Source of the DNA: Patescibacteria group bacterium | GTDB lineage: Bacteria > Patescibacteriota > JAUYIX01 > JBHPHK01 | Direction of reading: 5' to 3' | DNA: 64,000 nt | Assembly (NCBI GenBank): GCA_042569365.1 | Contig: JBHPHK010000001.1 | Location: 21,082-85,081 of the forward strand | Shown here: positions 26,678-35,173 of the stretch, one piece after another | Numbering within the stretch: the stretch's first letter is position 1 | Layout: every line of letters starts with the position of its first letter | Notes under the pieces: generated by a model | Database searches by the model: none | Seen by the model: only the letters and a program-made list of their open reading frames with translations | Told to the model about the DNA's origin: nothing | Translations under genes and position numbers: made by a program

Positions 26678-27080
26678 GTCATCCTGGAGAAGGCCGCAGG
26701 CCTGAGTCCAGGATCTGCGGTTACATCAGATCATTTACGAGATCTTTCCAATTTGGGTTGAACTTATTTATTAGGTTTATCTTCCATTCTCTTTTCCATA
26801 ATTTCATTTGTTTCTCTCTGCGAATAGCTTCATATGGTTCTGTATGAACTTCATAATAGACTAACTTATATAACTTGTATTTACTCACGAAACTAGAAGG
26901 AGATTCATATCTATGCTCAAATGAGCGTTTGTATAGATCGTGCGTAATGCCAATATACAAAACACCATTTTGTCGATTGGTCATGATATAAACAAAATAT
27001 GAATTAGATTGCATAGTCTAATTATCTCAATATGCCGCAGATCCTTGACTCGGAAGCTAAAGCTTCCTCTCAAGGATGAC
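26678..27080. mobile_element. GIY-YIG nuclease gene bracketed by hairpin arms of about 45 bp in inverted orientation (putative mobile cassette)
   Basis: The left arm is GTCATCCTGGAGAAGGCCGCAGGCCTGAGTCCAGGATCTGCGG (26678-26720). The right arm is CCGCAGATCCTTGACTCGGAAGCTAAAGCTTCCTCTCAAGGATGAC (27035-27080). The outer ends are GTCATCC and GGATGAC. The inner ends are a perfect inverted 10-mer, GGATCTGCGG and CCGCAGATCC. Confidence 0.5.
26721..27014 (-). CDS. GIY-YIG nuclease family protein (UPF0213/YhbQ-like)
   Basis: YFVYIMTNRQNGVLYIGITHDLYKRSFEHR, plus a conserved Glu and Asn further on. The product is 97 aa. Confidence 0.85.
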   Translation of the reverse strand: MQSNSYFVYIMTNRQNGVLYIGITHDLYKRSFEHRYESPSSFVSKYKLYKLVYYEVHTEPYEAIRREKQMKLWKREWKINLINKFNPNWKDLVNDLM

Positions 27081-27114
27081 GGAAGGGAACTCAATATGCC
27101 TTGCGAGGATTACA

Positions 27115-27435
27115 TTATTTAATTTGAGGATTCGTATCTTTCGCGATCTTCTCTAAAATATCGCGAGAATCATCCGGCGCGACTTTATTGCGTTGCACTT
27201 TGCTGCATTTATCGCACTTCTGGAGCAAGATCTCTTGGCCATCTTTCAAGTCAAGGCCTATGGGATGCATCAGTCCCTGACATTGGCTCATACGATCTCC
27301 CGGAACATCCTCATCGACGTGCTGCGACACTAGGCACTCCGAACAGTGGTTCCGGCAACTCGAAACGTGTAAGACATTCTCATGTCCGCAGTTTGAGCAG
27401 ACAAACTCTTCATTGATTTTAGTGGATTTGACCAT
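27115..27435 (-). CDS. RNHCP domain-containing zinc-ribbon protein
   Basis: CSNCGHENV...CRNHCSEC matches the RNHCP signature. A further CDKC pair is present. The product is 106 aa. Confidence 0.65.
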   Translation of the reverse strand: MVKSTKINEEFVCSNCGHENVLHVSSCRNHCSECLVSQHVDEDVPGDRMSQCQGLMHPIGLDLKDGQEILLQKCDKCSKVQRNKVAPDDSRDILEKIAKDTNPQIK

Positions 27436-27445
27436 AGAGATTCAG

Positions 27446-27482
27446 GCAAAAGAAAACATCCTCAAGCTAAAGGGAGGATGTT
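27446..27482 (-). terminator. Rho-independent terminator after rpsR
   Basis: On the minus strand, ACATCCTCcctttagcttGAGGATGT is followed by TTTTCTTTT. Confidence 0.65.
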
Positions 27483-27503
27483 TTCAGAAACATAAATAAA
27501 TGT

Positions 27504-27728
27504 TTATTCAGGAATATAAGGCAGAAGCGCGAGGAAACGTGCGTGCTTGATAGCGCGTGTAAGTTCACGCTGATGCTTTGCACAGGTTCCGGTCTTACGA
27601 CGTCCTAAAATCGCAGAATAAGGCGATAAATAGCGTCCTAAAGTCTTACTGTCCTTATAATCAAGCTTTACGTCCCGATCGACACAGAATCGACAGACGC
27701 GCGTTTGTTTTGCGGTAGGTGTGGGCAT
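27504..27728 (-). CDS. rpsR: 30S ribosomal protein S18
   Basis: CRFC...DYKD...LGRYLSPYSAILGRRKTGTCAKHQRELTRAIKHARFLALLPY. Confidence 0.93.
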   Translation of the reverse strand: MPTPTAKQTRVCRFCVDRDVKLDYKDSKTLGRYLSPYSAILGRRKTGTCAKHQRELTRAIKHARFLALLPYIPE

Positions 27729-27739
27729 TTCAGGTTAAT

Positions 27740-28210
27740 TTAGAATGGAATATCTTCGATATTAATCTCTTCCTCTCCGTTTGCTTCAGACTGCGTTGCA
27801 TCTTTTTTGTCCTTACCAGCATCGGCTGCTGGAGCTTCTGACTTAGGAGCATCTCCTGCAGGAGCACCGCCACCACTAGGTCCGCCAGACAACATAATCA
27901 TGTTATCAGCAACGATCTCAGTGCGGTTTCGTTTTGCGCCTGACTCTTTGTCTTCCCAAGTCTGGGTCTCGATACGTCCCTCGACATATACTTTCTTACC
28001 CTTAGTCAAATACTGCGCGCAAATGTCTGCAAGCTTGCGCCATGCGACGACATTATGAAATTCAGTTTTCTGTTGTTTTTCGCCGCTCTGGTCTGTCCAG
28101 ACCAAGTTAGTAGCGACACCAAAGGAAGCAACATTTTGTCCGTTAGGAGTTGTGCGAACTTCGGGATCCCGGGTAACATTCCCGATGATCATAGCTTTAT
28201 TGAGGTCCAT
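27740..28210 (-). CDS. ssb: Single-stranded DNA-binding protein
   Basis: An OB-fold N-terminus (MIIGNVTRDPEVRTTPNGQNVASFGVATN), a Gly/Ala-rich linker and an acidic tip (EDIPF) are present. Confidence 0.93.
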   Translation of the reverse strand: MDLNKAMIIGNVTRDPEVRTTPNGQNVASFGVATNLVWTDQSGEKQQKTEFHNVVAWRKLADICAQYLTKGKKVYVEGRIETQTWEDKESGAKRNRTEIVADNMIMLSGGPSGGGAPAGDAPKSEAPAADAGKDKKDATQSEANGEEEINIEDIPF

Positions 28211-28297
28211 TGTTATTTTAGTTATTGGAAATTAGTCCTTACAAGACCAATATACCATAGAGAGATTAAGAAAACCTAAAAATAAAATTAAACTTAT

Positions 28298-28606
28298 TTA
28301 ATCTTTTTCTTTGGTTTCGCCAACTTCTTGCTGCAACAAAAGATGGCGCAAGATCTGTTCGTTTTGACGCATGTTAGTTTCAAATTCGTTCGTTTTCTCA
28401 CCTTCCATCTCAAGGTGCATCACAACGTAAATACCCTGTGATTCCTTCTTGATGTCGTAGGCTAAGTCGCGCTTTTCCCAGATTTCGTCGTCTTTGACAG
28501 CGCCACCGAATTTTTCAACCAACTGCTTCACACTTTTCACGGCGCCGTCCTGGTCTGTTTCAGACAGGTTAGCGGAAAGAATGAAAACTAGTTCGTAGAG
28601 GTTCAT
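28298..28606 (-). CDS. rpsF: 30S ribosomal protein S6
   Basis: The sequence has an MNLYELVFILSANLSE start, and the gene sits in the canonical rpsF-ssb-rpsR order. Confidence 0.9.
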   Translation of the reverse strand: MNLYELVFILSANLSETDQDGAVKSVKQLVEKFGGAVKDDEIWEKRDLAYDIKKESQGIYVVMHLEMEGEKTNEFETNMRQNEQILRHLLLQQEVGETKEKD

Positions 28607-28675
28607 ATAAAGAAAATTAGAGCGCCAGCATGGGGTATGCCCTCTAGAGAGGGCGCCAGCACCTTTTAATTTGTA
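28607..28675 (-). promoter_or_regulatory. Structured 5-prime leader of rpsF (possible S6:S18 autoregulatory leader)
   Basis: A perfect palindrome, GCCCTCTAGAGAGGGC (28639-28654), is flanked by a direct repeat GCGCCAGCA (28622-28630 and 28653-28661). Confidence 0.3.
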
Positions 28676-28681
28676 TTTAGT

Positions 28682-28710
28682 AGTTTAATATTTTTGGGGG
28701 ATATTGTCAA
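28682..28710 (-). promoter_or_regulatory. Sigma70-type promoter of the rpsF operon
   Basis: On the minus strand: TTGACA, 17-nt spacer, TAAACT. Confidence 0.55.
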
Positions 28711-28738
28711 TATTGTGACAGAAATAACTATTTCAGCG

Positions 28739-28767
28739 TTGACAAAAGTCCCAAAAAATGCTAGTAT
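28739..28767 (+). promoter_or_regulatory. Sigma70-type promoter, divergent from rpsF
   Basis: TTGACA (28739-28744), 17-nt spacer, TAGTAT (28762-28767). Confidence 0.55.
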
Positions 28768-28934
28768 TATGCGTTCTTTTCAATGCAAATCCTATTGGCC
28801 ATTACTAAAAACTTCTCTGTATTAGGGTAGTTTCTAGCTATGGCTACATAGGAAAACCTAAATAGCCGTATAGCTACAAGTAGAATGAATTCTTCAGTTG
28901 CAAAGCTGGGGGATAGATTCGAAAGGAGGCCTTT

Positions 28935-29507
28935 ATGGCCACACAATTCTCTATCGGTTTGATGAACCGATTTGCAAGCGTACTGAACTCTCTCGGATTC
29001 ACTTCCAAGGATCTGACCAAATTGATCCAGACGAAGGAAATTTTGAGAGGCCTTAAAGCTGTTCTCAGAGGCACTGCAGAGTTTAAGTTCGACAAGCGTT
29101 TCATTGACTGTGACGCCGAACCCGCCACTCTGCAAATGGGCTGGAAAATTCGAAAACATAAAAAGCAGGGCTGGTTGGAATGGAATCCATCCAAGATCAA
29201 GCTTTTTCTTTCGAAAAAACAGCACAAAGAAAGTGCTTCAGGAAGAGAGCTTTACAAAGAGCTCAGCAGAATGCCCGTTCTTAATGCCAATGTCCTTGAC
29301 CATTTGCTCCAATATCCGGAGCTCATTCCCGAAGAATGGAATGGAAAGGAGATCTTCTTCTGGGGCACGATTTACGAGAATACGGATGGCACTCTTCTCG
29401 TTCGTTGTCTTGGTGGAGGCATGAAAGAACTGGGATGGGATTGCGGCTGTGTGGATGATGATTGGGGTAATACCCATGCTAATCCCGCCGCTGTTCTCAA
29501 ACAATAA
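28935..29507 (+). CDS. Hypothetical protein, 190 aa
   Basis: A strong RBS, AAAGGAGG, lies 6 nt before the ATG. A terminator-like hairpin follows the gene. The sequence has Trp/Gly/Cys-rich patches (FFWGTIYENTDGTLLVRCLGGGMKELGWDCGCVDDDWGN). I recognise no family. Confidence 0.65.
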   Translation: MATQFSIGLMNRFASVLNSLGFTSKDLTKLIQTKEILRGLKAVLRGTAEFKFDKRFIDCDAEPATLQMGWKIRKHKKQGWLEWNPSKIKLFLSKKQHKESASGRELYKELSRMPVLNANVLDHLLQYPELIPEEWNGKEIFFWGTIYENTDGTLLVRCLGGGMKELGWDCGCVDDDWGNTHANPAAVLKQ

Positions 29508-29567
29508 CAAAGCAAATTTAAACCCGTGTTAGTTTCTATTACGAAATGCGGGTTTTTTTAATTGTAA

Positions 29568-30668
29568 TTATTTCCCAAACCGGAAAACCATGACGTCGCC
29601 ATCAGCGACAACATAGTCTTTACCTTCCAGGCGCATTTTCCCAGCGTCACGCGCGGCGAGCTCGCCACCCGCTGCAAAATCAGTATAGCCGATCACTTCA
29701 GCCCGAATAAACTTCTCTTCAAAGTCCGAATGGATCGCGCCACCAGCCTGCGGCGCTTTCGCACCTTTCGGAATAGTCCAAGCGCGCGTCTCTTTTTCTC
29801 CTGATGTAAAAAACGTAATCAAATCCAAAAGCTTATAGCTCTCCGCCACAAGATCTGTTACGCCAGACTGAACCAGGCCATAATCTGACAAAAATTCCTT
29901 CTGGTCCTCATCTGAAAGCTCTCCGATCTCCTGCTCGATCTTCGCAGACAGGATCACATAGCGCTCAATAGGGAACGCAGACTTAGCTCTAATTTCCTCG
30001 ACCTGCGCCACGAGCGCAGCCATATCTTTGATCTGATCCTCTTTAACATTAAAAACATACAAGATCGGCTTGCGCGTGAGCAAGTGCACATCCTTGATCA
30101 GACTCTCTTCTTCTTCAGACAGCTCAACAGTGATCGCGAGCTTCTCTTCCATTAACGCCGCATTTAGTTTCTCTAAAACAACCAAGCGCGCAACCGCTTC
30201 CTTATCCTGGCCTTTCGCTTCTTTTTCAGTGTGTCCGATCAGTTTTTCTAATAAATTAATATCTGCTAAGACAAGCTCGATATTGATCGCTTCGATATCG
30301 CTAACAGGATCAACGACACCCTCCACATGCGTAATGTCATCATCTTCAAAAAGCCTGACCTTCTCAGCGATCGCATCCACCTGCCTTATGTTTTCTAAAA
30401 ACTTATTTCCCAAGCCCTCTCCTTTCGAAGCGCCCTTCACCAGCCCGGCAATATCATGAAACTCAATCACAGTCGGGATCACTTGGGCAGACTTGGAAAG
30501 TTCCGCTAGTTTATCTAAACGTGTATCCGGCACCTTAACAACACCGACATTCGGGTCGATCGTAGTGAAAGGATAATTCTTGGCCTCGACCTGCTGTTTG
30601 GTCAGAGCGGAAAAGAGAGTGGACTTGCCGACGTTCGGCAGTCCCACAATTCCGACAGAAAATGACAT
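29568..30668 (-). CDS. ychF: Ribosome-binding ATPase YchF
   Basis: A P-loop (GIVGLPNVGKSTLF), DIAGLVKGAS and a C-terminal TGS-like domain (GKDYVVADGDVMVFRF) are present. Confidence 0.93.
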   Translation of the reverse strand: MSFSVGIVGLPNVGKSTLFSALTKQQVEAKNYPFTTIDPNVGVVKVPDTRLDKLAELSKSAQVIPTVIEFHDIAGLVKGASKGEGLGNKFLENIRQVDAIAEKVRLFEDDDITHVEGVVDPVSDIEAINIELVLADINLLEKLIGHTEKEAKGQDKEAVARLVVLEKLNAALMEEKLAITVELSEEEESLIKDVHLLTRKPILYVFNVKEDQIKDMAALVAQVEEIRAKSAFPIERYVILSAKIEQEIGELSDEDQKEFLSDYGLVQSGVTDLVAESYKLLDLITFFTSGEKETRAWTIPKGAKAPQAGGAIHSDFEEKFIRAEVIGYTDFAAGGELAARDAGKMRLEGKDYVVADGDVMVFRFGK

Positions 30669-30795
30669 GTTTGACGAATGGTTATATCTCTGCCACGATA
30701 GTTGATCTTCGATGCCTTGTCAACAGAGCGGAGGTTTATTTTTATGCCAGTTTTGCTAAAATAGAGTAACGTTAATAATTTTTTATACAATATAT

Positions 30796-32184
30796 ATGAC
30801 AGATATTTCACCTGATATTTTTCGCGCATATGATATTCGCGGCGTATACCCAGACACGTTAGACGAAAAGGCTGTGCGTCAGATCGCTTTGGCGTACGCA
30901 GACTTACTTCCGGAGGCTCACACGTTTGTAGTAGGGCGGGATTATCGTGGAAGCGGACCAGCACTGCAGGAGGCAGTCGTCCAGGCGCTTCGAGAGAAAG
31001 GACGCAACGTGATCGATATCGGCACAACCGCGACCCCAGTTTTCTATTTTGCAATTGCCCATTATAAGCATCCGGCCGGAATAATGATTACCGGTTCTCA
31101 TAATCCCAAAAACGAGAACGGTTTGAAACTCAATAAAAATGATGCCTTCCCAGTCTATGGCGAGATTGGTATTTATGATATGCGTGATCAGATCGCGGCA
31201 GATAAGTATGAAGATTTTTCTGCCGAGCCTACAGGTGAGGTGATCCAATTTGATCCTTTGGAGGATTATATGGAGGATGTTGTTGGTCGGATTAATCTGA
31301 AGAAACCATTGAAGGTCGTGCTCGATATCGGAAATGGAGCGGGCGCTGATATTCCGCGCCGCGTCTTTGAAAAGTTGGGCTGCGAAGTAACTGCGATGTA
31401 TGAAGATCCAGATCCGGATTTCCCAAATCATCCGGCTGATCCTTATATTGCCGAGACCTTAGTAGATCTTCAGAAAGAGGTCAAAAAACAGGGGGCCGAT
31501 GTTGGTTTTGGATACGATGGAGATGCAGACCGTGCTGGTTTGGTTGATAAAAACGGAACGATTCTGACTGGCGAGCAAGTTTTACATTTACTTACTAAAC
31601 AAGCTCTCGAAGCAAACGACAATAAAGGCGAGATTGTGGTTGAGGTGCGCACTTCAAAGGCGCTGATCGAAGATCTTGAAAAACAGGGCGGTGACGTAAC
31701 TATTACTAGAGCTGGCCATGCCTATATTTTGAAAGAAGTCATGGAGCGCAAAGCAATTTTCGGAGGAGAGATCACTGGACACTTATATTTCCCATACACT
31801 TATTACCCTTATGACGATGCGATCTTTGCCACGGCAAAGCTCGCAGAAATTGTAGCGGAGAAAGATGCTGAATTTCCAGCTTATGTAGAGAGTTTGCCGA
31901 AGCTAGTCGCTAGTCCTGAGATATTTATTGATTCACCAGATGACGTGAAGTTTAAGGCGATCGAAAAGTTTGTCGAGCTTGTCAAAGAAAAAGGCTATGA
32001 CTTTCTTGACATCGATGGCGCACGCGTAGAGATGGAAAACGGATGGGCGCTTGTGCGTGCATCTAATACAACGCCGACGATTAAGGTACGTTTCGAAGCA
32101 GACACAGAAGAAAATTTGAAGCAGATCATGGATGAGATTGGAGCCTTGATGAAAGAAGCGGGAATCGAATTGCAGAAGGAATAA
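30796..32184 (+). CDS. Phosphomannomutase/phosphoglucomutase (alpha-D-phosphohexomutase family)
   Basis: An active-site loop (TGSHNPKNENG), a metal loop (GYDGDADR) and a sugar loop (GGEITGH) are present. Confidence 0.9.
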   Translation: MTDISPDIFRAYDIRGVYPDTLDEKAVRQIALAYADLLPEAHTFVVGRDYRGSGPALQEAVVQALREKGRNVIDIGTTATPVFYFAIAHYKHPAGIMITGSHNPKNENGLKLNKNDAFPVYGEIGIYDMRDQIAADKYEDFSAEPTGEVIQFDPLEDYMEDVVGRINLKKPLKVVLDIGNGAGADIPRRVFEKLGCEVTAMYEDPDPDFPNHPADPYIAETLVDLQKEVKKQGADVGFGYDGDADRAGLVDKNGTILTGEQVLHLLTKQALEANDNKGEIVVEVRTSKALIEDLEKQGGDVTITRAGHAYILKEVMERKAIFGGEITGHLYFPYTYYPYDDAIFATAKLAEIVAEKDAEFPAYVESLPKLVASPEIFIDSPDDVKFKAIEKFVELVKEKGYDFLDIDGARVEMENGWALVRASNTTPTIKVRFEADTEENLKQIMDEIGALMKEAGIELQKE

Positions 32185-32185
32185 T

Positions 32186-32215
32186 ATAAAAAAACCGCCT
32201 ACTGGCGGTTTTTTA
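32186..32215. terminator. Bidirectional terminator between convergent genes
   Basis: aaaaaaaCCGCCtactGGCGGtttttt. Confidence 0.8.
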
Positions 32216-32218
32216 GTT

Positions 32219-33187
32219 TTATCGAATACCGATTATTTTACGGACTTCTTCCATCTTGGCTTTTGCAATCGATTGGGCTTTTTCCGCTCCAGCTTTTAAG
32301 ATCTCGTCAAGCTTGCCAGCCTTTTCCATCGCAGCTCGACATTCTTGAATCGGCGCGAGCCATTCTGAAATATTCTTAGCGACCAGTTCTTTATACTCTT
32401 TACAGTTGGAATCTTGGTTGCGACAAAGATCAGAATGCTCTTTAGTCTCTGGTGTATCAAAAGTTGTATCATGCCAGTCAAAAATAGTCTGGGCATTAGC
32501 CGGCATATCGGCAGGCTTGACGACGGCTTTACGGATCTTTTTCAAGACAGTATCAGTATCATCACTGATCATTAGCGTAGTCTTCTCTCCGTTACTCTTG
32601 CTCATCTTGCCTTTTCCATCGAGTCCGAGGAGGCGAGAGGACTTGTTGATCGCGGCTTTGGTTTCTACAAAAGTTTCACCATAGGCATTATTAAACTTAC
32701 GCGCTGTATCACGGGCCAGCTCGATGTGTTGTACCTGGTCTTCCCCGACCGGCACTATCTCCGCATCATACATCAAAATATCAGCCGCCTGCAGGAGAGG
32801 ATAGGTCATAAGGCCAACACTAGCACGCTGTTTATGTTGTTCTGACTTCTCCTTGAACTGAGTCATGCGCTCGAGCTCTCCGAGAGGGGTTAAAGTATTA
32901 AAAATCCAAGCAAGCTCAGTGTGCTCAGGAATATACGACTGCACAAAGAATGTACATTTCTCAGGGTCTATACCCAGTGCCAAAAGGTCCAAAGCAAGAT
33001 TACGGACTCGCTCAGGCATCTCAGATGCCTCATACGGCACGGTCATTGCATGATAATCCACGATGCTTATAAAGAGATCGTGTGTCTTCTGCATTTCGAT
33101 CCATTGTTGGATAGCTCCAACGTAGTTTCCGAGATGCAAGGCTCCGCTTGGTTGTATGCCACTAAAGGCGATAGGTTTGTTTGTCAT
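32219..33187 (-). CDS. trpS: Tryptophan--tRNA ligase
   Basis: A HIGH-type motif (GALHLGNY) and KMSKS are present. The 322-aa length is typical of bacterial TrpRS. Confidence 0.93.
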   Translation of the reverse strand: MTNKPIAFSGIQPSGALHLGNYVGAIQQWIEMQKTHDLFISIVDYHAMTVPYEASEMPERVRNLALDLLALGIDPEKCTFFVQSYIPEHTELAWIFNTLTPLGELERMTQFKEKSEQHKQRASVGLMTYPLLQAADILMYDAEIVPVGEDQVQHIELARDTARKFNNAYGETFVETKAAINKSSRLLGLDGKGKMSKSNGEKTTLMISDDTDTVLKKIRKAVVKPADMPANAQTIFDWHDTTFDTPETKEHSDLCRNQDSNCKEYKELVAKNISEWLAPIQECRAAMEKAGKLDEILKAGAEKAQSIAKAKMEEVRKIIGIR

Positions 33188-33242
33188 AGAGATATTTTAG
33201 CAAGTCTTGCGCAGAATGTCATTTCCCCAAAAAGAAAATCAC

Positions 33243-33268
33243 CAAAAAAACCGCACTCAGGGTGCGGC
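33243..33268 (-). terminator. Rho-independent terminator after rnj
   Basis: On the minus strand, CCGCACcctgaGTGCGG is followed by TTTTTTT. Confidence 0.7.
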
Positions 33269-33289
33269 TTCTTATAAATATTGTCTAGA

Positions 33290-35029
33290 TTAAACCTCAA
33301 TAATCACTGGCAAGATCATCGGACGGCGTTTAGTCTTGCTATACAAGAATTGTCCAACATCGTTGCGGATCTTGGTCTTGATGTAGGTTTGATTAATCTT
33401 GGTGTCTTTGGACTGTTGATTAATCATCTCTTTCACTTTCTGGCGCGTATTCTCGATGATATCTTTGTTATCTTTCATATAGATAAAGCCGCGCGAGATA
33501 ATATCAGGATTTCCGATCAATTTACCCTTAGCGCCCAGTGTAACAATAATCACGAACATGCCGTCTTGACTCAGGTCGACACGGTCACGGAGGACAACGT
33601 TACTGACGTCGCCAACCCCAAGTCCGTCCACCATAACACGGGCAGCCGAGACGCGCTCGGGGATGATACGAGCCTTTTTGGCGTGATCAATCTCAAGAAC
33701 CTGTCCATTTTCAAGAACAAATGTTTTCTTTTCAGAAATGCCTAGTGCTTGAGCGATACGGGCATGCTCTTGAAGCATAAAGTGGTTGGCCTCAATCGGA
33801 ACAAAATATTCAGGACGCATCAAGCGGATCATGATTTTCTGTTCTTCACGTTTAGCGTGGCCGCCGGCGTGGATATCCAACATTTTATAGTGAATGATAG
33901 TAGCACCTTGTTTGACGATAGAGTCTTGCAAGTTTTGAATAGTACGTTCGTTGCCGGGGATTACGGATGAAGTGAAGATAACACGATCTCCCTCCTTCAA
34001 CTGGAAGAAATGATGTTCACGGTTAACGATGCGTTGCAGCATAGCCATTTCCTCGCCCTGAGCGCCTGTACCCAGAATCATGACCTTATGGTCAGGTAGG
34101 CGTCGCGCATCTTTAGCTTCGATCACGATACCCGGCTTGATTTTGATGTACTTGAGCCTTTGTGCAACATCGACGTTCGTCTTCATGCTTCGTCCCTCGA
34201 TCACAAGCTTACGATCATGTTTTTCGCACAGGTTTATAATTGCTTGTACACGTGAGAGTGAGCTTGAAAAAGTAGCCGCAATAATGCGATGATCTTCCGC
34301 TTCAAAGAAGATTTTATCTAGCTCATTCATGATTTCGGTTTCAGATTTCTGATAGCCTTCATGGAAAGAGTCTGTGCTATCAGAAAGAAGAGCAAGGACT
34401 CCCTTGCTGCCGATCTCAGCCAGGTGGCCCAGATCAGAAGGTTCTTCTTCGATAGGATTGTGGTCAAATTTCCAGTCACCAGTATGTACGACCGTACCAG
34501 CTGGTGTACGGACTGCAATACCCATCGCACCCATAATATTGTGGTCGACCTTGAAAAATTCAATCTCAAACTTACCAGCCTTTACGCGATCACGCGGCTT
34601 AACGGTCTTGATATTTAGTTTGGGCGTATCAGGATACTCTTTCATGCGCTCTTCGATCAAACCTTTGGTAAGTTCGTGTGTGTACATCACCGGATTTCCG
34701 ATCTCAGGCATGATGTGCTGGATTGCGCCCGTATGATCTAAGTGACCGTGTGTAATTACGACAGCTTTAATATTTTTCTCTTTGCCGCGCAAGTATTCGA
34801 TATTAGGAATGATGTAGTCAATACCTGGCATATCTTCGTCCGGCCAATAGACTCCCATGTCGATGATCAGGATATCTTCGTTTAATTCGATGAGCATCAT
34901 ATTGCGCTCACCGACACCGTCGTTTCCGCCCAGCGGAATAATCCTCAAATTGCCTGTGCTTTTTGAAGGTTTATTAGTCTTTACATTATTAGATTTCACT
35001 GCTTGCGCAGCTTTTTTTTGTGGATTCAT
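33290..35029 (-). CDS. rnj: Ribonuclease J
   Basis: The metallo-beta-lactamase motif VITHGHLDHTG, a beta-CASP region and HAGGHA are present. The product is 579 aa. Confidence 0.9.
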   Translation of the reverse strand: MNPQKKAAQAVKSNNVKTNKPSKSTGNLRIIPLGGNDGVGERNMMLIELNEDILIIDMGVYWPDEDMPGIDYIIPNIEYLRGKEKNIKAVVITHGHLDHTGAIQHIMPEIGNPVMYTHELTKGLIEERMKEYPDTPKLNIKTVKPRDRVKAGKFEIEFFKVDHNIMGAMGIAVRTPAGTVVHTGDWKFDHNPIEEEPSDLGHLAEIGSKGVLALLSDSTDSFHEGYQKSETEIMNELDKIFFEAEDHRIIAATFSSSLSRVQAIINLCEKHDRKLVIEGRSMKTNVDVAQRLKYIKIKPGIVIEAKDARRLPDHKVMILGTGAQGEEMAMLQRIVNREHHFFQLKEGDRVIFTSSVIPGNERTIQNLQDSIVKQGATIIHYKMLDIHAGGHAKREEQKIMIRLMRPEYFVPIEANHFMLQEHARIAQALGISEKKTFVLENGQVLEIDHAKKARIIPERVSAARVMVDGLGVGDVSNVVLRDRVDLSQDGMFVIIVTLGAKGKLIGNPDIISRGFIYMKDNKDIIENTRQKVKEMINQQSKDTKINQTYIKTKIRNDVGQFLYSKTKRRPMILPVIIEV

Positions 35030-35173
35030 AAAAATAAATCAATTTAATTATTTAGTTTTTATTGCACTCAAAAGGTTGTCCGAAGAGTACAATTCTAGCT
35101 CTTGTGCTAGTTAGAGTTAAACTCTCATTCTCAGGCGGTTGATTTCGGCACCAACTGCCCGAACATGAAAACT

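Noticed and set aside
28767-29227. Two minus-strand ORFs (152 and 117 aa) overlapping the 28935 gene.
   Set aside because: The plus-strand ORF has a consensus promoter, a strong RBS and a terminator-like hairpin. The minus ORFs have none and would run into the divergent promoter region.
30602-31054. A 150-aa minus-strand ORF spanning the ychF/PMM intergenic region.
   Set aside because: It overlaps the starts of two confidently called genes and their promoter region, and its translation is Arg/Leu/Ser-rich.
33188-33289. A possible T-box leader upstream of trpS.
   Set aside because: Only about 60 nt lie between the rnj terminator and the trpS start. That is far too short for a T-box, and no specifier or T-box sequence is visible.
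33281-33745. A 154-aa plus-strand ORF, plus other ORFs antisense to rnj.
   Set aside because: They lie inside the RNase J gene on the opposite strand and are shadow ORFs.
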